Positions 22,354 to 41,698 of a stretch of DNA of 64,000 nucleotides are shown piece after piece (the stretch's first letter is position 1; the number at the start of each line of letters is the position of its first letter). Below the pieces are notes generated by a model, which ran no database searches, was not told the origin of the DNA, and saw nothing but the letters and a program-made list of their open reading frames with translations. The position numbers and the translations under genes were made by a program. Origin of the DNA: the human T2T-CHM13v2.0 reference genome, Homo sapiens; assembly GCF_009914755.1 (NCBI RefSeq), contig NC_060948.1. One strand, 5' to 3'.

Positions 22354-24451
22354 AGATCCATATTTTTTAAATGAAAAAAAATTTCAAAGGTACTCTGCTT
22401 GGTACAATAATCAAATGTATAAACTGAGGAATAAAACATAACCATGAAACCTACTTATAACTGCATATGGAAAATACAGAGGATAATTTTTTAAATAACA
22501 TATTTTGAAAGCCTTAACTAGTAATTTGAAGAGTTGGCATTTGAAAGGCCAGTATGAATATACCTTCAAAGCAGCAACACAGGTTCCCCATGAGAAAAAG
22601 CAAACACAGGGAAAATAAAAACACAAAGGTTCAATCTCTTCTGACCTTTGAAAGACACAGCACAGACAGTGGTCCTTAGGACGAAGAGCAGGAGACCCCT
22701 AATTCCGTCACCATGGCGATAGGGCATAAACATTGCTGGGTGAGGGCACAATCCACATTGTGAGGTCCAACTGCTGCCAGGAAGACAGGAGTGCTTTTAC
22801 ATAGACCGAAAGGTCATTGAAGGCTCAGAGTTTTGTTTCAAGAACTGAATCCCAAGCCCACACGTTATTAGGCTGCGCTTCTTAAAACAAGTTATGAGAT
22901 GGGAAAAAGGGCACCCACAAACATACGTATACATTATGTATATAATAATATACAGTATCATATATATAATATATATAACCTATGTATAATATTGTTTTAC
23001 ATCCTGCATCCTATGTTATATATATTGTATAAAATATAATAATTGATAATATATAAGTTTTATAATTATACAATATGACATATAGTATATATTATAATTT
23101 ATGACATATATAATATATGTTATATATCATATATAGAATATATTATACGGTTAATATACGTATTAAATATAAATTATATATTATATATATTATATATAAT
23201 ATATCTGTTATATATAATACCCATTATGCATAATATATATATTATGTCTATGTTATATATAGTATAAAACAACATATAATAATATATAATTGTATATATA
23301 AAATGCGACATATAATATATATTATATTTTATAACATATGTAATATATATTATATATAATACGTTGTATGTATAATACCTATATTAAATATATATTATAT
23401 GACTATGTTATTAATTACATGTCACATGTGTTATATATTATATATTTTACATAGAATATACCGGTTACATACAATATATACTATGTTACCTATAATGTAT
23501 AATTTATTACAAGTAAAATAAAGAATGCAATATATTCTGTATAATTTATAATATACCATATGTGGAATGTGATATATATAACATATAATATATGATATAT
23601 GATATACAGTATATGATATATAACATACAATATATGATTCCTAATATATATGGTATACAATATATATTTTATGATATGTATTCTATATGTTTTATATTCT
23701 GTTATATATAACTATTTGAAATTATATATAACTGTATAATATTTTATGTAAATATGTAATATAATATATATAACTATATAATATATTATATATAACTATA
23801 TATTATGTTATATATACTTTTATAACATAATTTACATAAAATATCATAATATAATATATATTATATTATTTCATATTACATAATATATATTACATATCAC
23901 CCAATATAACTAACATACATAATATTATAATATAGATTATATTGTGTTATATTAAATATCATATATATCATGTATCATATATTCTATAATATATATTACA
24001 CATTATATAATATGTATGTTGTCTATTATGTGATATATATAACTATATATATAATTATATTTTTATACATATAACTAGATAAACATGTAATTCTACATAT
24101 TTTCATTTATAATATGTAGAATTATATAATCATATATAATTATTTATATTCTATAAAAAATTTTATCTTTATATAAATTATAATATATAAAAATTATAAT
24201 ATGTACTACAAATATATATATTATATATCATATATGATATAGTACCTTTGTTATATATCATAATACATATAAATGTGTATTATGTTATCTATAATTATAT
24301 AATTTCATATATAAGATGTATAATATGTATCATATATTATATATGTTATGTAATATATATAGTATATATAAGATGACACAGGATAAATATTATATACTAT
24401 GACATATTAAATATATGAGGTTATATGTTACATATAAGGCATAGCACATAA

Positions 24452-24766
<315 letters not shown>

Positions 24767-26864
24767 AGATCCATATTTTTTAAATGAAAAAAAATTTCAA
24801 AGGTACTCTGCTTGGTACAATAATCAAATGTATAAACTGAGGAATAAAACATAACCATGAAACCTACTTATAACTGCATATGGAAAATACAGAGGATAAT
24901 TTTTTAAATAACATATTTTGAAAGCCTTAACTAGTAATTTGAAGAGTTGGCATTTGAAAGGCCAGTATGAATATACCTTCAAAGCAGCAACACAGGTTCC
25001 CCATGAGAAAAAGCAAACACAGGGAAAATAAAAACACAAAGGTTCAATCTCTTCTGACCTTTGAAAGACACAGCACAGACAGTGGTCCTTAGGACGAAGA
25101 GCAGGAGACCCCTAATTCCGTCACCATGGCGATAGGGCATAAACATTGCTGGGTGAGGGCACAATCCACATTGTGAGGTCCAACTGCTGCCAGGAAGACA
25201 GGAGTGCTTTTACATAGACCGAAAGGTCATTGAAGGCTCAGAGTTTTGTTTCAAGAACTGAATCCCAAGCCCACACGTTATTAGGCTGCGCTTCTTAAAA
25301 CAAGTTATGAGATGGGAAAAAGGGCACCCACAAACATACGTATACATTATGTATATAATAATATACAGTATCATATATATAATATATATAACCTATGTAT
25401 AATATTGTTTTACATCCTGCATCTTATGTTATATATATTGTATAAAATATAATAATTGATAATATATAAGTTTTATAATTATACAATATGACATATAGTA
25501 TATATTATAATTTATGACATATATAATATATGTTATATATCATATATAGAATATATTATACGGTTAATATACGTATTAAATATAAATTATACATTATATA
25601 TATTATATATAATATATCTGTTATATATAATACCCATTATGCATAATATATATATTATGTCTATGTTATATATAGTATAAAACAACATATAGTAATATAT
25701 AATTGTATATATAAAATGCGACATATAATATATATTATATTTTATAACATATGTAATATATATTATATATAATACGTTGTATGTATAATACCTATATTAA
25801 ATATATATTATATGACTATGTTATTAATTACATGTCACATGTGTTATATATTATATATTTTACATAGAATATACCGGTTACATACAATATATACTATGTT
25901 ACCTATAATGTATAATTTATTACAAGTAAAATAAAGAATGCAATATATTATGTATAATTTATAATATACCATATGTGGAATGTGATATATATAACATATA
26001 ATATATGATATATGATATACAGTATATGATATATAACATACAATATATGATTCCTAATATATATGGTATACAATATATATTTTATGATATGTATTCTATA
26101 TGTTTTATATTCTGTTATATATAACTATTTGAAATTATATATAACTGTATAATATTTTATGTAAATATGTAATATAATATATATAACTATATAATATATT
26201 ATATATAACTATATATTATGTTATATATACTTTTATAACATAATTTACATAAAATATCATAATATAATATATATTATATTATTTCATATTACATAATATA
26301 TATTACATATCACCCAATATAACTAACATACATAATATTATAATATAGATTATATTGTGTTATATTAAATATCATATATATCATGTATCATATATTCTAT
26401 AATATATATTACACATTATATAATATGTATGTTGTCTATTATGTGATATATATAACTATATATATAATTATATTTTTATACATCTAACTAGATAAACATG
26501 TAATTCTACATATTTTCATTTATAATATGTAGAATTATATAATCATATATAATTATTTATATTCTATAAAAAATTTTATCATTATATAAATTATAATATA
26601 TAAAAATTATTATATGTACTACAAATATATATATTATATATCATATATGATATAGTACCTTTGTTATATATCATAATACATATAAATGTGTATTATGTTA
26701 TCTATAATTATATAATTTCATATATAAGATGTATAATATGTATCATATATTATATATGTTATGTAATATATATAGTATATATAAGATGACACAGGATAAA
26801 TATTATATACTATGACATATTAAATATATGAGGTTATATGTTACATATAAGGCATAGCACATAA

Positions 26865-27179
<315 letters not shown>

Positions 27180-29284
27180 AGATCCATATTTTTTAAATGA
27201 AAAAAAATTTCAAAGGTACTCTGCTTGGTACAATAATCAAATGTATAAACTGAGGAATAAAACATAACCATGAAACCTACTTATAACTGCATATGGAAAA
27301 TACAGAGGATAATTTTTTAAATAACATATTTTGAAAGCCTTAACTAGTAATTTGAAGAGTTGGCATTTGAAAGGCCAGTATGAATATACCTTCAAAGCAG
27401 CAACACAGGTTCCCCATGAGAAAAAGCAAACACAGGGAAAATAAAAACACAAAGGTTCAATCTCTTCTGACCTTTGAAAGACACAGCACAGACAGTGGTC
27501 CTTAGGACGAAGAGCAGGAGACCCCTAATTCCGTCACCATGGCGATAGGGCATAAACATTGCTGGGTGAGGGCACAATCCACATTGTGAGGTCCAACTGC
27601 TGCCAGGAAGACAGGAGTGCTTTTACATAGACCGAAAGGTCATTGAAGGCTCAGAGTTTTGTTTCAAGAACTGAATCCCAAGCCCACACGTTATTAGGCT
27701 GCGCTTCTTAAAACAAGTTATGAGATGGGAAAAAGGGCACCCACAAACATACGTATACATTATGTATATAATAATATACAGTATCATATATATAATATAT
27801 ATAACCTATGTATAATATTGTTTTACATCCTGCATCTTATGTTATATATATTGTATAAAATATAATAATTGATAATATATAAGTTTTATAATTATACAAT
27901 ATGACATATAGTATATATTATAATTTATGACATATATAATATATGTTATATATCATATATAGAATATATTATACGGTTAATATACGTATTAAATATAAAT
28001 TATACATTATATATATTACATATAATATATCTGTTATATATAATACCCATTATGCATAATATATATATTATGTCTATGTTATATATAGTACAAAACAACA
28101 TATAATAATATATAATTGTATATATAAAATGCGACATAAAATATATATTATATTTTATAACATATGTAATATATATTATATATTATATATAATACGTTGT
28201 ATGTATAATACCTATATTAAATATATATTATATGACTATGTTATTAATTACATGTCACATGTGTTATATATTATATATTTTACATAGAATATACCGGTTA
28301 CATACAATATATACTATGACACCTATAATGTATAATTTATTACATGTAAAATAAAGAATGCAATATATTATGTATAATTTATAATATACAATATGTGGAA
28401 TGTGATATATATAACATATAATATATGATATATGATATACAGTATATGATATATGACATACAATATATGATTCCTAATATATATGGTATACAATACATAT
28501 TTTATGATATGTATTCAATATGTTTTCTATTCTGTTACATATAACTATTGGAAATTATATATAACTGTATAATATTTTATGAAAATATGTAATATAATAT
28601 ATATAACTATATAATATATTATATATAACTATATATTATGTTATATATACTTTTATAACATAATTTACATAAAATAGCATAATATAATATATATTATATT
28701 ATTTCATATTACATAATATATATTACATATCAACCAATATAACTAACATACATAATATTATAATATAGATTATATTATGTTATATTAAATATCATATATG
28801 TCATGTATCATATATTCTATAATATATATTACACATTATATAATATGTATGTTGTCTATTATGTGATATATATAACTATATATATAATTATATTTTTATA
28901 CATATAACTAGATAAACATGTAATTCTACATATTTTCATTTATAATATGTAGAATTATATAATCATATATAATTATTTATATTCTATAAAAAATTTTGTC
29001 ATTATATAAATTATAATATATAAAAATTATAATATGTACTACAAATATATATATTATATATCATATATGATATAGTACCTTTGTTATATATCATAATACA
29101 TATAAATGTGTATTATGTTATCTATAATTATATAATTTCATATATAAGATGTATAATATGTATCATATATTATATATGTTATGTAATATATATAGTATAT
29201 ATAAGATGACACAGGATAAATATTATATACTATGACATATAAAATATATGAGGTTATATGTTACATATAAGGCATAGCACATAA

Positions 29285-29599
<315 letters not shown>

Positions 29600-31727
29600 A
29601 GATCCATATTTTTTAAATGAAAAAAAATTTCAAAGGTACTCTGCTTGGTACAATAATCAAATGTATAAACTGAGGAATAAAACATAACCATGAAACCTAC
29701 TTATAACTGCATATGGAAAATACAGAGGATAATTTTTTAAATAACATATTTTGAAAGCCTTAACTAGTAATTTGAAGAGTTGGCATTTGAAAGGCCAGTA
29801 TGAATATACCTTCAAAGCAGCAACACAGGTTCCCCATGAGAAAAAGCAAACACAGGGAAAATAAAAACACAAAGGTTCAATCTCTTCTGACCTTTGAAAG
29901 ACACAGCACAGACAGTGGTCCTTAGGACGAAGAGCAGGAGACCCCTAATTCCGTCACCATGGCGATAGGGCATAAACATTGCTGGGTGAGGGCACAATCC
30001 ACATTGTGAGGTCCAACTGCTGCCAGGAAGACAGGAGTGCTTTTACATAGACCGAAAGGTCATTGAAGGCTCAGAGTTTTGTTTCAAGAACTGAATCCCA
30101 AGCCCACACGTTATTAGGCTGCGCTTCTTAAAACAAGTTATGAGATGGGAAAAAGGGCACCCACAAACATACGTATACATTATGTATATAATAATATACA
30201 GTATCATATATATAATATATATATCCTATGTATAATATTGTTTTACATCCTGCATCTTATGTTATATATATTGTATAAAATATAATAATTGATAATATAT
30301 AAGTTTTATAATTATACAATATGACATATAGTATATATTATAATTTATGACATATATAATATATGTTATATATCATATATAGAATATATTATACGGTTAA
30401 TATACGTATTAAATATAAATTATACATTATATATATTGCATATAATATATCTGTTATATATAATACCCATTATGCATAATATATATATTATGTCTATGTT
30501 ATATATAGTACAAAACAACATATAATAATATATAATTGTATATATAAAATGCGACATAAAATATATATTATATTTTATAACATATGTAATATATATTATA
30601 TATTATATATAATACGTTGTATGTATAATACCTATATTAAATATATATTATATGACTATGTTATTAATTACATGTCACATGTGTTATATATTATATATTT
30701 TACATAGAATATACCGGTTACATACAATATATACTATGACACCTATAATGTATAATTTATTACATGTAAAATAAAGAATGCAATATATTATGTATAATTT
30801 ATAATATACAATATGTGGAATGTGATATATATAACATATAATATATGATATATGATATACAGTATATGATATATGACATACAATATATGATTCCTAATAT
30901 ATATGGTATACAATACATATTTTATGATATGTATTCTATATGTTTTATATTCTGTTACATATAACTATTGGAAATTATATATAACTGTATAATATTTTAT
31001 GTAAATATGTAATATAATATATATAACTATATAATATATTATATATAACTATATATTATGTTATATATACTTTTATAACATAATTTACATAAAATAGCAT
31101 AATATAATATATATTATATTATTTCATATTACATAATATATATTACATATCAACCAATATAACTAACATACATAATATTATAATATAGATTATATTATGT
31201 TATATTAAATATCATATATGTCATGTATCATATATTCTATAATATATATTACACATTATATAATATGTATGTTGTCTATTATGTGATATATATAACTATA
31301 TATATAATTATATTTTTATACATATAACTAGATAAACATGTAATTCTACATATTTTCATTTATAATATGTAGAATTATATAATCATATATAATTATTTAT
31401 ATTCTATAAAAAATTTTATCATTATATAAATTATAATATATAAAAATTATAATATGTACTACAAATATATATATTATATATCATATATGATATAGTACCT
31501 TTGTTATATATCATAATACATATAAATGTGTATTATGTTATCTATAATTATATAATTTCATATATAAGATGTATAATATGTATCATATATTATATATGTT
31601 ATGTAATATATATAGTATATATAAGATGACACAGGATAAATATTATATACTATGACATATAAAATATATGAGGTTATATGTTACATATAAGTCATAGCAC
31701 ATAACATGTAATATATATCATATATAA

Positions 31728-32019
31728 TTGTTTTTTAGACAGAATCTTGTCCTGTTGCACAGGGTGCGGTACAATGGCGCCATCTTTGCTCACTGCAACT
31801 TCTGCCTCACGGGTCCAAGCGATTGTCCTCCCTCAGCCTCCCAGGTAGCTGGGACTACACCACACTGGGACTACACCAGCTGCCACCATGCCTAGCTAAT
31901 TTTTTGGATTTTTAGTAGTGACAGCGTTTCACTGTATTGGCCAGGATGGTCTTGATCTCTTCACCTTGTGATCCCCTTGCCTTGGCCTCCAAATTTGCTG
32001 GGATTACAGGCCTGAGCCA
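31728..32019 (-). mobile_element. Alu, copy 14
   Basis: Near-identical to copy 1; variants TTGTTTTTT and GGGTGCGGTAC. Confidence 0.92.
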
Positions 32020-34124
32020 AGATCCATATTTTTTAAATGAAAAAAAATTTCAAAGGTACTCTGCTTGGTACAATAATCAAATGTATAAACTGAGGAATAA
32101 AACATAACCATGAAACCTACTTATAACTGCATATGGAAAATACAGAGGATAATTTTTTAAATAACATATTTTGAAAGCCTTAACTAGTAATTTGAAGAGT
32201 TGGCATTTGAAAGGCCAGTATGAATATACCTTCAAAGCAGCAACACAGGTTCCCCATGAGAAAAAGCAAACACAGGGAAAATAAAAACACAAAGGTTCAA
32301 TCTCTTCTGACCTTTGAAAGACACAGCACAGACAGTGGTCCTTAGGACGAAGAGCAGGAGACCCCTAATTCCGTCACCATGGCGATAGGGCATAAACATT
32401 GCTGGGTGAGGGCACAATCCACATTGTGAGGTCCAACTGCTGCCAGGAAGACAGGAGTGCTTTTACATAGACCGAAAGGTCATTGAAGGCTCAGAGTTTT
32501 GTTTCAAGAACTGAATCCCAAGCCCACACGTTATTAGGCTGCGCTTCTTAAAACAAGTTATGAGATGGGAAAAAGGGCACCCACAAACATACGTATACAT
32601 TATGTATATAATAATAAACAGTATCATATATATAATATATATAACCTATGTATAATATTGTTTTACATCCTGCATCTTATGTTATATATATTGTATAAAA
32701 TATACTAATTGATAGTATATAAGTTTTATGATTATACAATATGACATATAGTATATATTATAATTTATGACATATATAATATATGTTATATATCATATAT
32801 AGAATATATTATACGGTTAATATACGTATTAAATATAAATTATACATTATATATATTATATATAATATATCTGTTATATATAATACCCATTATGCATAAT
32901 ATATATATTATGTCTATGTTATATATAGTATAAAACAACATATAATAATATATAATTGTATATATAAAATGCGACATATAATATATATTATATTTTATAA
33001 CATATGAAATATATATTATATATTATATATAATACGTTGTATCTATAATACCTATATTAAATATATATTATATGACTATGTTATTGATTACATGTCACAT
33101 GTGTTATATATTATATATTTTACATAGAATATACCGGTTACATACAATATATACCATGTTACCTATAATGTATAATTTATTACATGTAAAATAAAGAATG
33201 CAATATATTATGTATAATTTATAATATACAATATGTGGAATGTGATATATATAACATATAATATATGATATATGATATACAGTATATGATATATAACATA
33301 CAATATATGATTCCTAATATATATGGTATACAATATATATTTTATGATATGTATTCTATATGTTTTATATTCTGTTATATATAACTATTTGAAATTATAT
33401 ATAACTGTATAATATTTTATGTAAATATGTAATATAATATATATAACTATATAATATATTATATATAACTATATATTATGTTATATATACTTTTATAACA
33501 TAATTTACATAAAATATCATAATATAATATATATTATATTATTTCATATTACATAATATATATTACATATCACCCAATATAACTAACATACATAATATTA
33601 TAATATAGATTATATTGTGTTATATTAAATATCATATATATCATGTATCATATATTCTATAATATATATTACACATTATATAATATGTATGTTGTCTATT
33701 ATGTGATATACATAACTATATATATAATTATATTTTTATACATATAACTAGATAAACATGTAATTCTACATATTTTCATTTATAATATGTAGAATTATAT
33801 AATCATATATAATTATTTATATTCTATAAAAAATTTTATCATTATATAAATTATAATATATAAAAATTATAATATGTACTAGAAATATATATATTATATA
33901 TCATATATGATATAGTACCTTTGTTATATTTCATAATACATATAAATGTGTATTATGTTATCTATAATTATATAATTTCATATATAAGATGTATAATATG
34001 TATCATATATTATATATGTTATGTAATATATATAGTATATATAAGATGACACAGGATAAATATTATATACTATGACATATAAAATATATGAGGTTATATG
34101 CTACATATAAGGCATAGCACATAA

Positions 34125-34439
<315 letters not shown>

Positions 34440-36566
34440 AGATCCATATTTTTTAAATGAAAAAAAATTTCAAAGGTACTCTGCTTGGTACAATAATCAA
34501 ATGTATAAACTGAGGAATGAAACATAACCATGAAACCTACTTATAACTGCATATGGAAAATACAGAGGATAATTTTTTAAATAACATATTTTGAAAGCCT
34601 TAACTAGTAATTTGAAGAGTTGGCATTTGAAAGGCCAGTATGAATATACCTTCAAAGCAGCAACACAGGTTCCCCATGAGAAAAAGCAAACACAGGGAAA
34701 ATAAAAACACAAAGGTTCAATCTCTTCTGACCTTTGAAAGACACAGCACAGACAGTGGTCCTTAGGACGAAGAGCAGGAGACCCCTAATTCCGTCACCAT
34801 GGCGATAGGGCATAAACATTGCTGGGTGAGGGCACAATCCACATTGTGAGGTCCAACTGCTGCCAGGAAGACAGGAGTGCTTTTACATAGACCGAAAGGT
34901 CATTGAAGGCTCAGAGTTTTGTTTCAAGAACTGAATCCCAAGCCCACACGTTATTAGGCTGCGCTTCTTAAAACAAGTTATGAGATGGGAAAAAGGGCAC
35001 CCACAAACATACGTATACATTATGTATATAATAATATACAGTATCATATATATAATATATATAACCTATGTATAATATTGTTTTACAACCTGCATCTTAT
35101 GTTATATATATTGTATAAAATATAATAATTGATAATGTATAAGTTTATATTTATACAATATGACATATAGTATATATTATAATTTATGACATATATAATA
35201 TATGTTATATGTCATATATAGAATATATTATACGGTTAATATACGTATTAAATATAAATTATACATTATATATATTATATATAATATATCTGTTATATAT
35301 AATACCCATTATGCATAATATATATATTATGTCTATGTTATATATAGTATAAAACAACATATAATAATATATAATTGTATATATAAAATGCGACATATAA
35401 TATATATTATATTTTATAACATATGTAATATATATTATATATTATATATAATACGTTGTATGTATAATACCTATATTAAATATATATTATATGACTATGT
35501 TATTAATTACATGTCACATGTGTTATATATTATATATTTTACATAGAATATACCGGTTACATACAATATATACCATGTTACCTATAATGTATAATTTATT
35601 ACATGTAAAATAAAGAATGCAATATATTATGTATAATTTATAATATACCATATGTGGAATGTGATATATATAACATATAATATATGATATATGATATACA
35701 GTATATGATATATAACATACAATATATGATTCCTAATATATATGGTATACAATATATATTTTATGATATGTATTCTATATGTTTTATATTCTGTTATATA
35801 TAACTATTTGAAATTATATATAACTGTATAATATTTTATGTAAATATGTAATATAATATATATAACTATATAATATATTATATATAACTATATATTATGT
35901 TATATATACTTTTATAACATAATTTACATAAAATATCATAATATAATATATATTATATTATTTCATATTACATAATATATATTACATATCACCCAATATA
36001 ACTAACATACATAATATTATAATATAGATTATATTTTGTTATATTAAATATCATATATATCATGTATCATATATTCTATAATATATATTACACATTATAT
36101 AATATGTATGTTGTCTATTATGTGATATATATAACTATATATATAATTATATTTTTATACATATAACTAGATAAACATGTAATTCTACATATTTTCATTT
36201 ATAATATGTAGAATTATATAATCATATATAATTATTTATATTCTATAAAAAATTTTATCATTATATAAATTATAATATATAAAAATTATAATATGTACTA
36301 CAAATATATATATTATATATCATATATGATATAGTACCATTGTTATATTTCATAATACATATAAATGTGTATTATGTTATCTATAATTATATAATTTCAT
36401 ATATAAGATGTATAATATGTATCATAAATTATATATGTTATGTAATATATATAGTATATATAAGATGACACAGGATAAATATTATATACTATGACATATA
36501 AAATATATGAGGTTATATGTTACATATAAGGCATAGCACATAACATGTAATATATATCATACATAA

Positions 36567-36858
36567 TTTTTTTTTAGACAGAATCTCGTCCTGTTGCACA
36601 GGGTGGGGTACAATGGCGCCATCTTTGCTCACTGCAACTTCTGCCTCACGGGTCCAAGCGATTGTCCTCCCTCAGCCTCCCAGGTAGCTGGGACTACACC
36701 ACACTGGGACTACACCAGCTGCCACCATGCCTAGCTAATTTTTTGGATTTTTAGTAGTGACAGCGTTTCACTGTATTGGCCAGGATGGTCTTGATCTCTT
36801 CACCTTGTGATCCCCTTGCCTTGGCCTCCAAATTTGCTGGGATTACAGGCCTGAGCCA
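36567..36858 (-). mobile_element. Alu, copy 16
   Basis: Near-identical to copy 1; variant GAATCTCGTC. Confidence 0.92.
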
Positions 36859-38963
36859 AGATCCATATTTTTTAAATGAAAAAAAATTTCAAAGGTACTC
36901 TGCTTGGTACAATAATCAAATGTATAAACTGAGGAATAAAACATAACCATGAAACCTACTTATAACTGCATATGGAAAATACAGAGGATAATTTTTTAAA
37001 TAACATATTTTGAAAGCCTTAACTAGTAATTTGAAGAGTTGGCATTTGAAAGGCCAGTATGAATATACCTTCAAAGCAGCAACACAGGTTCCCCATGAGA
37101 AAAAGCAAACACAGGGAAAATAAAAACACAAAGGTTCAATCTCTTCTGACCTTTGAAAGACACAGCACAGACAGTGGTCCTTAGGACGAAGAGCAGGAGA
37201 CCCCTAATTCCGTCACCATGGCGATAGGGCATAAACATTGCTGGGTGAGGGCACAATCCACATTGTGAGGTCCAACTGCTGCCAGGAAGACAGGAGTGCT
37301 TTTACATAGACCGAAAGGTCATTGAAGGCTCAGAGTTTTCTTTCAAGAACTGAATCCCAAGCCCACACGTTATTAGGCTGCGCTTCTTAAAACAAGTTAT
37401 GAGATGGGAAAAAGGGCACCCACAAACATACGTATACATTATGTATATAATAATATACAGTATCATATATATAATATATATAACCTATGTATAATATTGT
37501 TTTACATCCTGCATCTTATGTTATATATATTGTATAAAATATAATAATTGATAATATATAAGTTTTATAATTATACAATATGACATATAGTATATATTAT
37601 AATTTATGACATATATAATATATGTTATATGTCACATATAGAATATATTATACGGTTAATACACGTATTAAATATAAATTATACATTATATATATTATAT
37701 ATAATATATCTGTTATATATAATACCCATTATGCATAATATATATATTATGTCTATGTTATATATAGTATAAAACAACATATAATAATATATAATTGTAT
37801 ATATAAAATGCGACATATAATATATATTATATTTTATAACATATGTAATATATATTATATATTATATATAATACGTTGTATGTATAATACCTATATTAAA
37901 TATATATTATATGACTATGTTATTAATTACATGTCACATGTGTTATATATTATATATTTTACATAGAATATACCGGTTACATACAATATATACTATGTTA
38001 CCTATAATGTATAATTTATTACATGTAAAATAAAGAATGCAATATATTATGTATAATTTATAATATACAATATGTGGAATGTGATATATATAACATATAA
38101 TATATGATATATGATATTCAGTATATGATATATAACATACAATATATGATTCCTAATATATATGGTATACAATATATATTTTATGATATGTATTCTATAT
38201 GTTTTATATTCTGTTATATATAACTATTTGAAATTATATATAACTGTATAATATTTTATGTAAATATGTAATATAATATATATAACTATATAATATATTA
38301 TATATAACTATATATTATGTTACATATACTTTTATAACATAATTTACATAAAATATCATAATATAATATATATTATATTATTTCATATTACATAATATAT
38401 ATTACATATCACCCAATATAACTAACATACATAATATTATAATATAGATTATATTGTGTTATATTAAATATCATATATATCATGTATCATATATTCTATA
38501 ATATATATTACACATTATATAATATGTATGTTGTCTATTATGTGATATATATAACTATATATATAATTATATTTTTATACATATAACTAGATAAACTTGT
38601 AATTCTACATATTTTCATTTATAATATGTAGAATTATATAATCATATATAATTATTTATATTCTATAAAAAATTTTATCATTATATAAATTATAATATAT
38701 AAAAATTATAATATGTACTACAAATATATATATTATATATCATATATGATATAGTACCTTTGTTATATTTCATAATACATATAAATGTGTATTATGTTAT
38801 CTATAATTATATAATTTCATATATAAGATGTATAATATGTATCATATATTATATATGTTATGTAATATATATAGTATATATAAGATGACACAGGATAAAT
38901 ATTATATACTATGACATATAAAATATATGAGGTTATATGTTACATATAAGGCATAGCACATAA

Positions 38964-39278
<315 letters not shown>

Positions 39279-41406
39279 AGATCCATATTTTTTAAATGAA
39301 AAAAAATTTCAAAGGTACTCTGCTTGGTACAATAATCAAATGTATAAACTGAGGAATAAAACATAACCATGAAACCTACTTATAACTGCATATGGAAAAT
39401 ACAGAGGATAATTTTTTAAATAACATATTTTGAAAGCTTTAACTAGTAATTTGAATAGCTGGCATTTGAAAGGCCAGTATGAATATACCTTCAAAGCAGC
39501 AACACAGGTTCCCCATGAGAAAAAGCAAACACAGGGAAAATAAAAACACAAAGGTTCAATCTCTTCTGACCTTTGAAAGACACAGCACAGACAGTGGTCC
39601 TTAGGACGAAGAGCAGGAGACCCCTAATTCCGTCACCATGGCGATAGGGCATAAACATTGCTGGGTGAGGGCACAATCCACATTGTGAGGTCCAACTGCT
39701 GCCAGGAAGACAGGAGTGCTTTTACATAGACCGAAAGGTCATTGAAGGCTCAGAGTTTTCTTTCAAGAACTGAATCCCAAGCCCACACGTTATTAGGCTG
39801 CGCTTCTTAAAACAAGTTATGAGATGGGAAAAAGGGCACCCACAAACATACGTATACATTATGTATATAATAATATACAGTATCATATATATAATATATA
39901 TAACCTATGTATAATATTGTTTTACATCCTGCATCTTATGTTATATATATTGTATAAAATATAATAATTGATAATATATAAGTTTTATAATTATACAATA
40001 TGACATATAGTATATATTATAATTTATGACATATATAATATATGTTATATGTCATATATAGAATATATTATACGGTTAATATACGTATTAAATATAAATT
40101 ATATATTATATATATTATATATAATATATCTGTTATATATAATACCCATTATGCATAATATATATATTATGTCTATGTTATATATAGTATAAAACAACAT
40201 ATAATAATATATAATTGTATATATAAAATGCGACATATAATATATATTATATTTTATAACATATGTAATATATATTATATATTATATATAATACGTTGTA
40301 TGTATAATACCTATATTAAATATATATTATATGACTATGTTATTAATTACATGTCACATGTGTTATATATTATATATTTTACATAGAATATACCGGTTAC
40401 ATACAATATATACTATGTTACCTATAATGTATAATTTATTACATGTAAAATAAAGAATGCAATATATTATGTAAAATTTATAATATACCATATGTGGAAT
40501 GTGATATATATAACATATAATATATGATATATGATGTCAAGTATATGATATATAACATACAATATATGATTCCTAATATATATGGTATACAATATATATT
40601 TTATGATATGTATTCTATATGTTTTATATTCTGTTATATATAACTATTTGAAATTATATATAACTGTATAATATTTTATGTAAATATGTAATATAATATA
40701 TATAACTATATAATATATTATATATAACTATATATTATGTTACATATACTTTTATAACATAATTTACATAAAATATCATAATATAATATATATTATATTA
40801 TTTCATATTACATAATATATATTACATATCACCCAATATAACTAACATACATAATATTATAATATAGATTATATTGTGTTATATTAAATATCATATATAT
40901 CATGTATCATATATTCTATAATATATATTACACATTATATAATATGTATGTTGTCTATTATGTGATATATATAACTATATATATAATTATATTTTTATAC
41001 ATATAACTAGATAAACATGTAATTCTACATATTTTCATTTATAATATGTAGAATTATATAATCATATATAATTATTTATATTCTATAAAAAATTTTATCA
41101 TTATATAAATTATAATATATAAAAATTATAATATGTACTACAAATATATATATTATATATCATATATGATATAGTACCATTGTTATATTTCATAATACAT
41201 ATAAATGTGTATTATGTTATCTATAATTATATAATTTCATATATAAGATGTATAATATGTATCATAAATTATATATGTTATGTAATATATATAGTATATA
41301 TAAGATGACACAGGATAAATATTATATACTATGACATATAAAATATATGAGGTTATATGTTACATATAAGGCATAGCACATAACATGTAATATATATCAT
41401 ATATAA

Positions 41407-41698
41407 TTTTTTTTTAGACAGAATCTCGTCCTGTTGCACAGGGTGGGGTACAATGGCGCCATCTTTGCTCACTGCAACTTCTGCCTCACGGGTCCAAGCG
41501 ATTGTCCTCCCTCAGCCTCCCAGGTAGCTGGGACTACACCACACTGGGACTACACCAGCTGCCACCATGCCTAGCTAATTTTTTGGATTTTTAGTAGTGA
41601 CAGCGTTTCACTGTATTGGCCAGGATGGTCTTGATCTCTTCACCTTGTGATCCCCTTGCCTTGGCCTCCAAATTTGCTGGGATTACAGGCCTGAGCCA
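41407..41698 (-). mobile_element. Alu, copy 18
   Basis: Near-identical to copy 1; variant GAATCTCGTC. Confidence 0.92.
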